Assembly: GCA_902566515.1 (NCBI GenBank)
Contig: CACFIX010000003.1
Coordinates: 3,889-67,888 of the forward strand
Length of the DNA: 64,000 nucleotides
Reading direction: 5' to 3'
DNA from: an uncultured Candidatus Actinomarina sp.
Lineage (GTDB): Bacteria; Actinomycetota; Acidimicrobiia; Actinomarinales; Actinomarinaceae
Part shown: piece by piece, positions 28,690 through 37,443 of the stretch
How the letters are laid out: the number at the start of each line of letters is the position of its first letter
Position numbering within the stretch: position 1 is the stretch's first letter
Notes under the pieces: generated by a model
What the model was told of the DNA's origin: nothing
The model's database searches: none
Seen by the model: only the letters and a program-made list of their open reading frames with translations
Translations under genes and position numbers: made by a program

Positions 28690-29250
28690 ATGGCATTTAT
28701 TAAATTGTTCAAATTTAATGACTCTACTGGTCTTCTCAAAAAAGAGTACGAGAAAGGCTTGAGAAGAGCTGGGAGAATTTGGAACATACTGACTATTCAA
28801 TCTCAAACCCCAGAAATTTTAAGAGATTCGATGCGATTATATAATTCAACAATGTTTGGAAATTTAGAAATATCTCGTTTTGATAGAGAATTACTTGCAG
28901 TAATCACTTCAATTTCCAATGAATGCGAATATTGAATTCGAGCACATTTATATGATCTCCGGTCGGAGACAAAAGACCAAAAATTAGTTGATGAGATTGC
29001 TAATGATTGGAAAAAAAGTAGCTTAACAAAAGAACAAATCGCTTTATGTAATTTTGCGGAAAAATTGACTTTGAAACCGGGTGAAATAACACAATTTGAT
29101 TACAAAGAATTACAAAAAAATAATTTTGATGACAAAGCAATATCAGAAATAGTTCAAGTAATTTCCTACTTTAATTACATCAATAGAGTTGCCGATGGAC
29201 TTGGTTTAGAACCTGAGGAATTTATTGACGAAAAAGGTTATAAAAAATAA
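28690..29250 (+). CDS. AhpD/carboxymuconolactone-decarboxylase (CMD) family peroxidase-related protein with one in-frame TGA at the catalytic Cys position (candidate selenocysteine; alternatively a pseudogene)
   Basis: Track ORFs 28690-28935 and 29065-29250 share a frame (375 nt apart), and the only stop between them is TGA 28933-28935. The joined reading is ...RELLAVITSISNECEY[TGA]IRAHLYDL..., which is E-x11-C-x-x-[TGA]-x3-H, the AhpD active-site pattern. The C-terminal part ...ALCNFAEKLTLKPGEIT...VISYFNYINRVADGLG is typical of the family. Confidence 0.7.
28953..28971 (+). promoter_or_regulatory. Candidate bacterial SECIS-like hairpin downstream of the in-frame TGA
   Basis: The sequence UG(A)UCUCC-GGUC-GGAGACA forms a 7 bp stem with one bulged A and a GGUC apical loop. 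The loop G lies 26-27 nt after the UGA. The hairpin is small and weak. Confidence 0.35.
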
Positions 29251-29290
29251 AGTACCTTGTAAGAATTTAAAGTACTTATAACATATAGAT

Positions 29291-30436
29291 ATGCAACAAA
29301 ACACTAAAGGCTTACTCCTTTTTGTATTTTTAATTTCCGTAAGTGTAGTTGGTATAAACCTTTTTAACAATAATGATTCTGAAGAGAGTGTAGAGGTAAC
29401 TCAAACAACATTATTTGAAGCTACCACGACAACATCTCCTGTAGTTAAAATCGAAAAATATGCTTATCCAAGTTTTGATTTTGAAAAAGAAACAACATCC
29501 TCTCTGGAGTCTATAAGTGACTTATGTTACATAACAGGAAATTGGTTCAGCTTAACAAGAGAGTGTCTTTCAGAATGGGAAAATTCATTAAAAATTATCG
29601 ATAGTAAAAGAGATGCTTACCTTGAACATTATGAATACACTTTGAATTATTTTAAAAATAATTATGCCAATATTGATGAAGATACATTTTTGTATATTGT
29701 TTCAACTTTGACAATTAATGAGAGGGTAAATTTCTTTACGTCACAATTAAAAGAAGTTGAGGAAGTAATAAGAATCAAAGAAAATCAAGATGAAAATATT
29801 ACATCTATATTTTTATCGGACGAATCAGTTACAAAATCTAAAGAGTTGGAAACAGAAGATCTGAAAAACGGTTGTTATCTAGAGAATTCAGAAGATCCTA
29901 TAGAGAATCCTGAACTTATTGAAGTTGAAACAATAAATACAAGAGATGACAAAAAGTTTAATTTTGGAATAAAGGTTGAATCTTCTTTAAATATCGATCC
30001 TGAGTGTATAAAAAAGTTATTGGATTTGATATTGAATCATGAAAAAGGCTGGATAAACATAACTAATAAAGGCTTCTATCATACAAACGTTGAAGATAGT
30101 GATTTCGTATATACATTTGCTTCTCCTGAAACTACTGACGAACTTTGTTACCCCTTGCAAACAAATGGGATATATTCATGTAGAAATGAAAGAGAGATAG
30201 TTATTAACGACTTTAGATGGAAAAATGGTGCTAGGGATTTTTTAAGAGATTTAGAAACTTACAGATTGTATCTTATTAATCATGAAACTGGCCATATTTT
30301 AGGTTGGGGGCACACAAGTTGTCCTAAAGAAGGTGCAATTGCACCAGTAATGATGCAACAAAGTAAAGGTACTGATGGATGTATTCCATATGGTTGGCCT
30401 ATTTACGAAATTATAAAAGCCAATTTTGGTGATTAG
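29291..30436 (+). CDS. Membrane-anchored secreted protein with HExxHxxGxxH zinc-binding motif (DUF3152-like, from memory)
   Basis: 381 aa. It has an N-terminal TM segment LLLFVFLISVSVVGINLF and, near the C-terminus, the motif INHETGHILGWGH. Confidence 0.55.
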   Translation: MQQNTKGLLLFVFLISVSVVGINLFNNNDSEESVEVTQTTLFEATTTTSPVVKIEKYAYPSFDFEKETTSSLESISDLCYITGNWFSLTRECLSEWENSLKIIDSKRDAYLEHYEYTLNYFKNNYANIDEDTFLYIVSTLTINERVNFFTSQLKEVEEVIRIKENQDENITSIFLSDESVTKSKELETEDLKNGCYLENSEDPIENPELIEVETINTRDDKKFNFGIKVESSLNIDPECIKKLLDLILNHEKGWINITNKGFYHTNVEDSDFVYTFASPETTDELCYPLQTNGIYSCRNEREIVINDFRWKNGARDFLRDLETYRLYLINHETGHILGWGHTSCPKEGAIAPVMMQQSKGTDGCIPYGWPIYEIIKANFGD

Positions 30437-30523
30437 TTAATTTTATTGGTGCCAGCCTTAATAACTAAATTGTTATTTTATTATCGTGTTGTTTTGTTTT
30501 TATTACAATAGTTTTTTAAAAAT

Positions 30524-31447
30524 TTAAAGAGCTACAGATTCATCCCCGGCTAAAATTTTTTTTATATTTTCAATAGTTTCTAAACCTGCTTTAAGTTGAG
30601 CTTCATTTGTAGATGCACCCATGTGTGGAGTGGTAACCAGATTTAAGCCATTATATCGATCTACATTTTTTGGTGGTTCATTTGAATATACATCCAACCC
30701 AGCTCCAAAAACTTTCTCTGATTCTAAAAGTTCAAATAAATAATCTTCATCCAAAACACCACCTCTTGAAGTATTTACAATTATTGAACTGGGTTTGAGT
30801 AAATCTAGCATGTCTTTAGAAATCAAATTTTCTGTATCCTTAGTCTTAATTACATGAATTGATACTACATCTGCAGTTCTTAGTAAATCATCAAGCTTGA
30901 TACTTTCTTCTGAACCATTCCAGTCCGTAACATATGGATCATAAAATACAATTGACATACCAAAACTTTTCATTCTCTCTGCGACTAAACGACCAGCTTT
31001 ACCAAAGCCAACTATTCCTAATGTTTTTCCATAAAGTTCATAGCCTAGAAATTGAGATCTGTTCCATTCACCTTTCTTAAGATGCGAATCAGCAAGGCTT
31101 AATTTTCTAGATACACTGATTATTAAAGCAACTGTTAACTCAACAACAGATATTAAATTAGCTGAGGGAGAATTAGTAACAAAAATATTCTTAGATTTTG
31201 CAAAATCTATATCAACATTATCTATCCCAACACCACACCTAGCTATTATTTTTAGTTGTTCTGCGTTGTCTAAAACTTCTTTTGTTAATTTTGTAGCACT
31301 ACGTATTACTACAATTTCACAGTCTTTTATATGATTAGCTAAGTCTTTATCTTTTGAATTAGATTTAGATATATCTACACAATCACCGATTGTTTCAAGC
31401 TCTTTATAAACTTGTTGATTCAAGTTATCACAGATAAGTATTTTCAT
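30524..31447 (-). CDS. D-isomer specific 2-hydroxyacid dehydrogenase (phosphoglycerate dehydrogenase-like)
   Basis: 307 aa. It has the NAD site LGIVGFGKAGRLVA and the catalytic-region pattern NTSRGGVLDE...TPHMGAST. Confidence 0.8.
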   Translation of the reverse strand: MKILICDNLNQQVYKELETIGDCVDISKSNSKDKDLANHIKDCEIVVIRSATKLTKEVLDNAEQLKIIARCGVGIDNVDIDFAKSKNIFVTNSPSANLISVVELTVALIISVSRKLSLADSHLKKGEWNRSQFLGYELYGKTLGIVGFGKAGRLVAERMKSFGMSIVFYDPYVTDWNGSEESIKLDDLLRTADVVSIHVIKTKDTENLISKDMLDLLKPSSIIVNTSRGGVLDEDYLFELLESEKVFGAGLDVYSNEPPKNVDRYNGLNLVTTPHMGASTNEAQLKAGLETIENIKKILAGDESVAL

Positions 31448-31452
31448 TTTAT

Positions 31453-32241
31453 TTATTGAAGTTTTGATAACGCCTGTTCGTGAATTTGCTTTGATGCAGA
31501 TGCAAGTACGTAAACATTGCTTTCATCAAAATTTAATTTTTTACCCTCCCAATCTGTCATGATACCACCAGCGCCCTCAACAATTTTAATTAGTGGCAAA
31601 TAATCATGTGGAAAAGATAATCGCTCAGCGACAATATCTATATGACCACTGGCTAAAAGTCCATAGTTATAACAATCACTACCAGTAGTAGTTACCTTTA
31701 CAGATTGTTCTAGCGACTGATAAGCTCTCCATTTTTTCATTCCAAATTCATGACTAGAGGTTGTAGCCATTACTGCATCTTCTAATTTTTCAACAGATTT
31801 ACAGATAGTTGGCTGGTTATTTACTTTTGTAAGATCAGGTTGGAATGAAGACCATCTTTCGCTTAAGGCCGGACAATCTATAACTCCTGCAACTAACTGA
31901 TCTTCAATGACTAATGAAATTAATGTACCAAAATCATGTTTACCAGCTAAAAAGCTCCTAGTTCCATCAATAGGATCAATGTACCAAGTGATATTTTCTG
32001 TACCAATAACCTCTTTATATTCTTCTCCAACAATATTGTGATTTGGGTAATGATTAAGAATTTGTGTTCTAATATATTTTTCTATCTCTTTATCTGCCTT
32101 GGTTACTGGACTCATATCTCTTTTAAGTGACAAATCTTTTATATCACGAAAATATTTCAGCGCAATTTTTCCTGTATTATCTAAAATATTATTTATGAAT
32201 ATTTCAAAATCATTCGTTTTATTATCAACCATGAATACCAT
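31453..32241 (-). CDS. Inositol monophosphatase family protein (possibly histidinol-phosphatase HisN type)
   Basis: 262 aa. IMPase motifs are GEE...WYIDPIDGT and the downstream GSDCYNYGLLASGHIDI. Confidence 0.75.
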   Translation of the reverse strand: MVFMVDNKTNDFEIFINNILDNTGKIALKYFRDIKDLSLKRDMSPVTKADKEIEKYIRTQILNHYPNHNIVGEEYKEVIGTENITWYIDPIDGTRSFLAGKHDFGTLISLVIEDQLVAGVIDCPALSERWSSFQPDLTKVNNQPTICKSVEKLEDAVMATTSSHEFGMKKWRAYQSLEQSVKVTTTGSDCYNYGLLASGHIDIVAERLSFPHDYLPLIKIVEGAGGIMTDWEGKKLNFDESNVYVLASASKQIHEQALSKLQ

Positions 32242-32309
32242 TTAAATTAATTAATTCTATCTTAAGCATGAATTCATATGGTTAATTAACAAAGTTTTAA
32301 CAACAAAGG

Positions 32310-32558
32310 TTAAATGTAATTTAATTGTTTTAGTTTTAGCTCCAACTCAACATCAGATGGCTCAACTAGAAAAGTATCGTCCTCAAATACAATAGTTGGG
32401 ATTCTTCTCTGATTGTTTTGTAACTTTGTTATGTATTCATTTGCTTCTGAGTTGATATCTACATTGATTTCTTCAAAATCAACATTCAATTTGTTAAGTA
32501 AAGCTTTAGATCGTACACAATCCCCACACCAGTCAGTTGTGTAGAATTTAATATTCAT
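32310..32558 (-). CDS. Glutaredoxin-like / mycoredoxin-like small thiol-disulfide oxidoreductase
   Basis: 82 aa. It has the FYTTDWCGDCVRSK CxxC motif and a thioredoxin-fold length. Confidence 0.7.
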   Translation of the reverse strand: MNIKFYTTDWCGDCVRSKALLNKLNVDFEEINVDINSEANEYITKLQNNQRRIPTIVFEDDTFLVEPSDVELELKLKQLNYI

Positions 32559-32560
32559 GT

Positions 32561-32842
32561 CTAGGAATTTCCTTGTAATTGACTAAATAACTCAAGAAAG
32601 TTATTAAAAAATAATGACAGATCACTTAGAGTTTTGAATGCTTCTCCAAATTGTGATTGCAATGAAGAAACAGCATCTGCAGTAGCGTTTAGTTTTGGAA
32701 GTAGTGCTTGAATTTCTTGAATCACAGACATCACAGTTTCAATTTCAGAATTGATTACTTGCACATAATTGTAAAAATAAATCCCAGCACCTACAAGCAA
32801 AGATAAGGTTAAGACTTGTAAAAATAAAACTACTCGAAGCAA
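32561..32842 (-). CDS. Small membrane-anchored hypothetical protein
   Basis: 93 aa with one N-terminal TM helix and then a helical region. It is tightly packed between trxA and the glutaredoxin-like gene. Confidence 0.45.
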   Translation of the reverse strand: MLRVVLFLQVLTLSLLVGAGIYFYNYVQVINSEIETVMSVIQEIQALLPKLNATADAVSSLQSQFGEAFKTLSDLSLFFNNFLELFSQLQGNS

Positions 32843-32843
32843 C

Positions 32844-33152
32844 TTAGATTAAAGCGGAAACTTTTTCTTTAATTACTTCTTTTGGCTGTACACCAACAAA
32901 ACGTTCTTTGACTTCCCCGCCTTTTAACATAACTACTGTTGGTACTCCCATAACTCCATTGGCTCCAGCGATATCTGGATGTTGATCGACGTCAAGCTTC
33001 ACAAACTCTACTCCTTCAACTTCACTTGATAACTCTTCAAGGATTGGACTTAAAACTTTGCATGGACCACACCATGTTGCGTGAAAATCAATAACAACTG
33101 GCGAATCGGAATTAAGTAATTCGCTATATTCTTGTGCATTTATATCTTTCAT
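32844..33152 (-). CDS. trxA: Thioredoxin
   Basis: 102 aa with the WCGPCK active site. Confidence 0.92.
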   Translation of the reverse strand: MKDINAQEYSELLNSDSPVVIDFHATWCGPCKVLSPILEELSSEVEGVEFVKLDVDQHPDIAGANGVMGVPTVVMLKGGEVKERFVGVQPKEVIKEKVSALI

Positions 33153-33251
33153 TAATTCACTCCTTATTGTTTTATAAGTTTATAGTTGTTGAATTTATAC
33201 GAGTAACTTTCAAAAGGAAATATATATTAAAAATTACTTATAATTGTTACT

Positions 33252-34781
33252 ATGAATGACATAATCGTCTCACCTCACTATCTATCTACTGATATTGCTT
33301 CTCAAATATATAACAAAGGTGGAAATGCAGTTGATGCTGCTATTGCAACTAATCTTATTCAAGGTATCGTAGCACCAGAAACTTGTGGTATTGGTGGAGA
33401 CCTATTTGCGCTAGTTTGGGACCCATCAAAAAATGAACCCGATTTTCTAGACGCTTCCGGATATGCTGGTACTTTTGCAAATCCTGATGATTTGCAAAAT
33501 ATGGAATCAATACCATTAAATCATCCATTATCTGTAACTGTTCCAGGAGCAGTCGCAGGATGGATAGAGCTCAATAAAAGATATGGCAATTTAAAAGTAG
33601 AGGAGATTTTAGATCTTGGAATAGATTTATGTCACGAGGGTTTTGAAATCAACGAAGAACTTTATAACTCTCTAACTATACATAAAGAGGAACTCAGCGG
33701 ACAGGCATCTGGATATGGGTTTTACAGAGGTAACCAGCCATTTGAAAAAGGTAAGGTGATAAGGCGTCCTCAATTAGGAAAGACTCTAGAGCAATTAAAA
33801 ACAAATGGCCTTGAATATTTTTATGATAGTGAAATTGCAAAATCGATCTCTTCAAGTGTCAATGGAATTTTATCATTGGATGATTTAAGAAATTATAAAG
33901 CTGAATGGAAAAAGCCTCTGCATACAAATATTTATGGGTTTGATGGCTGGACATCACCTCCACATACTCAGGGTTACCTAACTTTATCAACGTTGAAAGC
34001 AATTGAGATGTTAGGTACTGAGAACAATGATATACATAAAATTATTGAGACATACAGAATTCTTGCAGCAGATCGAGACAATATTACTTACGATTATGGA
34101 AAAAATATAAAAGATTTTAAAGGCGTTGATATAGATTACTTACAAGAAAAAATAAAGCTATTCAACCCAAATCATTCCGAAAAATTTGATTTTCCTAAAC
34201 CACATGGTGGAGGAACAGCATATATGAACACAGTTGATAAAGACGGATTAGGAGTATCACTTATACAATCTAATTTTCACGGAATTGGGAGCAGGATAGG
34301 TGTAGGAAGTTTTGGATTTTTCCTACACAACAGAGGATGTGGATTTAATCTAGACTCAAAACACCCAAATTATTTAACACCAGGAAGAAAACCGCTTCAT
34401 ACTCTTTCACCAACAATTTGGTCTAAAAATGGAAATTTAGAATTTATAGCTGGCACCAGAGGAGGAAGATATCAACCTCAACTATTAATTCAAACAATAC
34501 TGCCTTATATTCAAAAATCAGATTCTTTCGAAGAAATAATTAAAGAACCCAGATGGGTCATAGAAAATTTTTCTAGTGAAACGATATCAAAATTAAGATT
34601 CGAAAAAATTAATAATGAAGATTTAGAAATTTTACTGAAAAAAGGGCACAAAGTTGAAGTAGAAAATAAACTTAACAAAGCTTATGGTCCTATTTCAATT
34701 ATTTATAAAAAGGTTGAGGGAAATTTTGAAGGTGTTTGTGATATTAGAGTAGGTACTGAGAAAGTTTTTAATAGTTTTTAA
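33252..34781 (+). CDS. Gamma-glutamyltransferase family protein (no obvious signal peptide)
   Basis: 509 aa. The GGT pattern is GGNAVDAAIA...CGIGGD and the autoprocessing region is HGGGTAYMNTVD. Confidence 0.8.
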   Translation: MNDIIVSPHYLSTDIASQIYNKGGNAVDAAIATNLIQGIVAPETCGIGGDLFALVWDPSKNEPDFLDASGYAGTFANPDDLQNMESIPLNHPLSVTVPGAVAGWIELNKRYGNLKVEEILDLGIDLCHEGFEINEELYNSLTIHKEELSGQASGYGFYRGNQPFEKGKVIRRPQLGKTLEQLKTNGLEYFYDSEIAKSISSSVNGILSLDDLRNYKAEWKKPLHTNIYGFDGWTSPPHTQGYLTLSTLKAIEMLGTENNDIHKIIETYRILAADRDNITYDYGKNIKDFKGVDIDYLQEKIKLFNPNHSEKFDFPKPHGGGTAYMNTVDKDGLGVSLIQSNFHGIGSRIGVGSFGFFLHNRGCGFNLDSKHPNYLTPGRKPLHTLSPTIWSKNGNLEFIAGTRGGRYQPQLLIQTILPYIQKSDSFEEIIKEPRWVIENFSSETISKLRFEKINNEDLEILLKKGHKVEVENKLNKAYGPISIIYKKVEGNFEGVCDIRVGTEKVFNSF

Positions 34782-35202
34782 TTTCTTTTTTATGCTGTTT
34801 TTCAATAAGTTTTTTTCTTTTATCGTAGTCTTTTTTACCTCTAGCAAGAGCAAGCTCAACTTTTATATACCCATTTTTTTCAAAAATTTTTGTAGCGATT
34901 AATGTAAATCCTTTTTGAGAAGTTAAACCTATTAGTTTTTTTATCTCACCTTTGTGAAGTAAAAGTTTCCTTTGATTTTTTGGATTGTAATCTGTCTGAT
35001 CCGCATATTTATATGGCTCAATGTTCATTTCCATAAGAAATGCTTCCTCATTTTCAATTATTGCGAATGCGTCAACAATTGAAACCGCACCAGTTCTTAC
35101 ACTCTTAGTTTCTGGACCAGTTAAGACAATTCCAGCTTCATAAAATTCTTGAAATTCATAAGAATTTCTCGCTTTTCTATTTTCTGCAAATACTTTCATC
35201 AA
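34768..35202 (-). CDS. smpB: SsrA-binding protein
   Basis: 144 aa. The sequence NRKARNSYEFQEFYEAGIVLTGPETKSVR matches SmpB. Confidence 0.92.
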   Translation of the reverse strand: MMKVFAENRKARNSYEFQEFYEAGIVLTGPETKSVRTGAVSIVDAFAIIENEEAFLMEMNIEPYKYADQTDYNPKNQRKLLLHKGEIKKLIGLTSQKGFTLIATKIFEKNGYIKVELALARGKKDYDKRKKLIEKQHKKEIKNY

Positions 35203-36572
35203 TCTAGAAAACAGTAAGGATTTACTCTACCTCTAGAAGTTGGATCAAGATATGGTAGTGAACAGTTAGCGGAACTTGGATTTTTTAATCTTACTTCAAA
35301 GTGTAAATGTGGTCCTGTAGAACGACCTGTAGAGCCAACTGTTCCAATTTGGTCACCTGTCACTACAGTTTGACCAACTGAAACTAAAATTTTATCCATA
35401 TGGAAATATAAAGTTGTCATTCCTCCGCCATGATCGATGAATACAGTCCTTCCAGCTAGACCGTAATATCTTGCAAGAATAACTACACCACCTGCAGCAG
35501 CTTTAATTGGCGTGCCTCTACTTGCTGCTATATCTATAGCACCATGAAAACTAGTTGTTCCTCCAAGCCTTCTCCATTTGTATCCACTAGAAACATATCC
35601 CGTTGTTACAGGCCAACTTAGTTTGTTTGGAGCAACACCTCCTACACTACTTAACCTTTCTATATCTGCCTGGATTGCATCTTCAAGTTTTTCTAAATCA
35701 GCATGTTCTTTATCTAGCTTTTCTAATTCTTTATTAGCTTGATTTAATAAACTTTGAGCATTTTGCCTAGCTCTAAGAACCTGAGATTTTTTAGCCTCAA
35801 CTTGCCTTTTCTCTCTTTCTACAGTTTCTTTTTTCTCTTCTACTTCTTCAGCAAATTCTTCAGCTTCAATAGAAATTTCAGTTTTTCTTGTTTCCTCATT
35901 TTGTAAGAGATTAACTATTTCTTCCCTTTCTTCTTCTCTTTCAGTCAAAAATACTGTCTGAGTTGAAGCAAGATTTTTTAAAGCATTTAGTTGTTCAACA
36001 ATCTCATAAGCAGAGTCAACAATTGTAGAGGCATATCCTAGGGCAACTAAAAACCTTGATAATTCATTTAATTCCACGAACAATGCTGTTGTAGGACTCA
36101 TAACACCATTTATGTAGAGGCTTACAGCTTGTTCTTGTAACTTATCATCTGCTTCTACCAAGTTTTTTTGAGTTTCAAACAATTCGTCAGATACATTAGA
36201 TATTTCATTTTTAATTTTTCCAAGTTTAGTTTGTTCTTGAACAATAGTCTGCTGAACTTCAGCCAAGTCATTTAAGGTTCCATCGTAATTTTCTAATGCT
36301 TTTTCTAATTCCCTTTCAGCAGCAGAAAGCCTTGACTGTACTTCTGCAAGTTCTTGATTGACTTGTTGCAAATCTTTATCGTTTTCCAAAATAGCATTTT
36401 CAAGATCAGTAAGTTGTCCTTCGTAGTTACTGATCTGCTCAGCGATTGCCTGAAGTTGTCTTTCAACCTCTATCAATCTATCCTCTGCAGTTATAGCCAT
36501 CGAATTTGCTGGAAACATTAAAGTCAAAACTAAAAATATTGGCAGTGAAAGAGTTAGAAACCTTCTAATCAT
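35199..36572 (-). CDS. Coiled-coil M23 (LytM) family peptidoglycan endopeptidase, FtsEX-associated
   Basis: 457 aa. It has a signal/TM segment and ~300 aa of heptad-rich coiled coil. The M23 domain has intact HxxxD (HGAIDI) and HxH (GPHLHFEV) motifs. It follows ftsX with an 8 nt overlap. Confidence 0.8.
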   Translation of the reverse strand: MIRRFLTLSLPIFLVLTLMFPANSMAITAEDRLIEVERQLQAIAEQISNYEGQLTDLENAILENDKDLQQVNQELAEVQSRLSAAERELEKALENYDGTLNDLAEVQQTIVQEQTKLGKIKNEISNVSDELFETQKNLVEADDKLQEQAVSLYINGVMSPTTALFVELNELSRFLVALGYASTIVDSAYEIVEQLNALKNLASTQTVFLTEREEEREEIVNLLQNEETRKTEISIEAEEFAEEVEEKKETVEREKRQVEAKKSQVLRARQNAQSLLNQANKELEKLDKEHADLEKLEDAIQADIERLSSVGGVAPNKLSWPVTTGYVSSGYKWRRLGGTTSFHGAIDIAASRGTPIKAAAGGVVILARYYGLAGRTVFIDHGGGMTTLYFHMDKILVSVGQTVVTGDQIGTVGSTGRSTGPHLHFEVRLKNPSSANCSLPYLDPTSRGRVNPYCFLD

Positions 36573-37440
36573 TCAATACTTTCCTTATACCCACAAAAGA
36601 AGCAAACAATCCAAAAATTATTGAGGACAGTAGTAGAACCAAAGTTAGGTAAATCAAATAACTATCAGAAATTGTTATGTCAAAAATGCTTTCAGCTACT
36701 ATCGAATTTTTAGAATACTCAATTATTCCCCACCCAAGACCAACAGCAATACTAGTTCCAATTAAAGATTCGAAAACTGCTTCAAAAATAAATGGCAATC
36801 TAATATAAGTCGAAGATGCACCGACTAATCTCATTATTTTTATTTCTTTTTTCTTTGAATATGCAGCAAGCCTTAATGTATTGATAATAAGAATGAATGC
36901 TGCAAAACCTATAAGTAATGCAAATGTTGATGCTGAAATTACTAAGGTATTGGTCAAGCTTAATAATCTTTCTATAGCTTCACCACTTGTCCTTATTTCC
37001 TTAACTGCTGGATTACCATCCATCCTCTCAATTATTAATTCATAATCAGATGGATCATTAAGATTTACCCTTAAAGACGAAGGTAGTTTTTCATAATCTA
37101 CTTCACTTAATAATTCTGGTTGATCTTTGAATAATATTTTAAATTCTTCCTCTGCTTCAGATTTAGTAAAATATTCAACAGTTCTAATCTCTGGGTAAAT
37201 TTCAAGTGACTCTTGTAATTGTTTATGTGCTGTAGTGGTAACCCTGTCATCAAGAAAAATTACAACATGCGTACCGTTTTGCCATCTGACTGTGTTGTTT
37301 TGAACAATAGACCTGGCAGAAAGAGTTGTGAAAACTAAAAAGCTAGATACCAATACTGCAATTATTGTTGCAAAAACCAATAAAGGAGTTCTTCTCATAT
37401 TTAAAATTGTATTTTTTATTACATATGAAAATTTGTTCAT
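36565..37440 (-). CDS. ftsX: Cell division permease-like protein FtsX
   Basis: 291 aa with four-TM FtsX topology and a large first extracytoplasmic loop, immediately downstream of ftsE. Confidence 0.85.
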   Translation of the reverse strand: MNKFSYVIKNTILNMRRTPLLVFATIIAVLVSSFLVFTTLSARSIVQNNTVRWQNGTHVVIFLDDRVTTTAHKQLQESLEIYPEIRTVEYFTKSEAEEEFKILFKDQPELLSEVDYEKLPSSLRVNLNDPSDYELIIERMDGNPAVKEIRTSGEAIERLLSLTNTLVISASTFALLIGFAAFILIINTLRLAAYSKKKEIKIMRLVGASSTYIRLPFIFEAVFESLIGTSIAVGLGWGIIEYSKNSIVAESIFDITISDSYLIYLTLVLLLSSIIFGLFASFVGIRKVLND

Positions 37441-37443
37441 GAT

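Noticed and set aside
28933-28935. UGA reassigned genome-wide to Trp or Gly as the explanation for the in-frame TGA
   Set aside because: RF2, with its UGA-dependent frameshift site, is present, and 60358-60738 terminates at TGA. A general reassignment is therefore unlikely.
26028-30436. A tmRNA-targeted genomic island
   Set aside because: I saw no integrase, no phage genes, and no direct repeat of the tmRNA 3' end. The tmRNA 3' end abuts an ordinary oxidoreductase gene.
30437-30523. A bidirectional rho-independent terminator between convergent genes
   Set aside because: Only weak AT-rich inverted repeats (TTATT..AATAA) are present. There is no convincing GC-rich stem followed by a T-tract.
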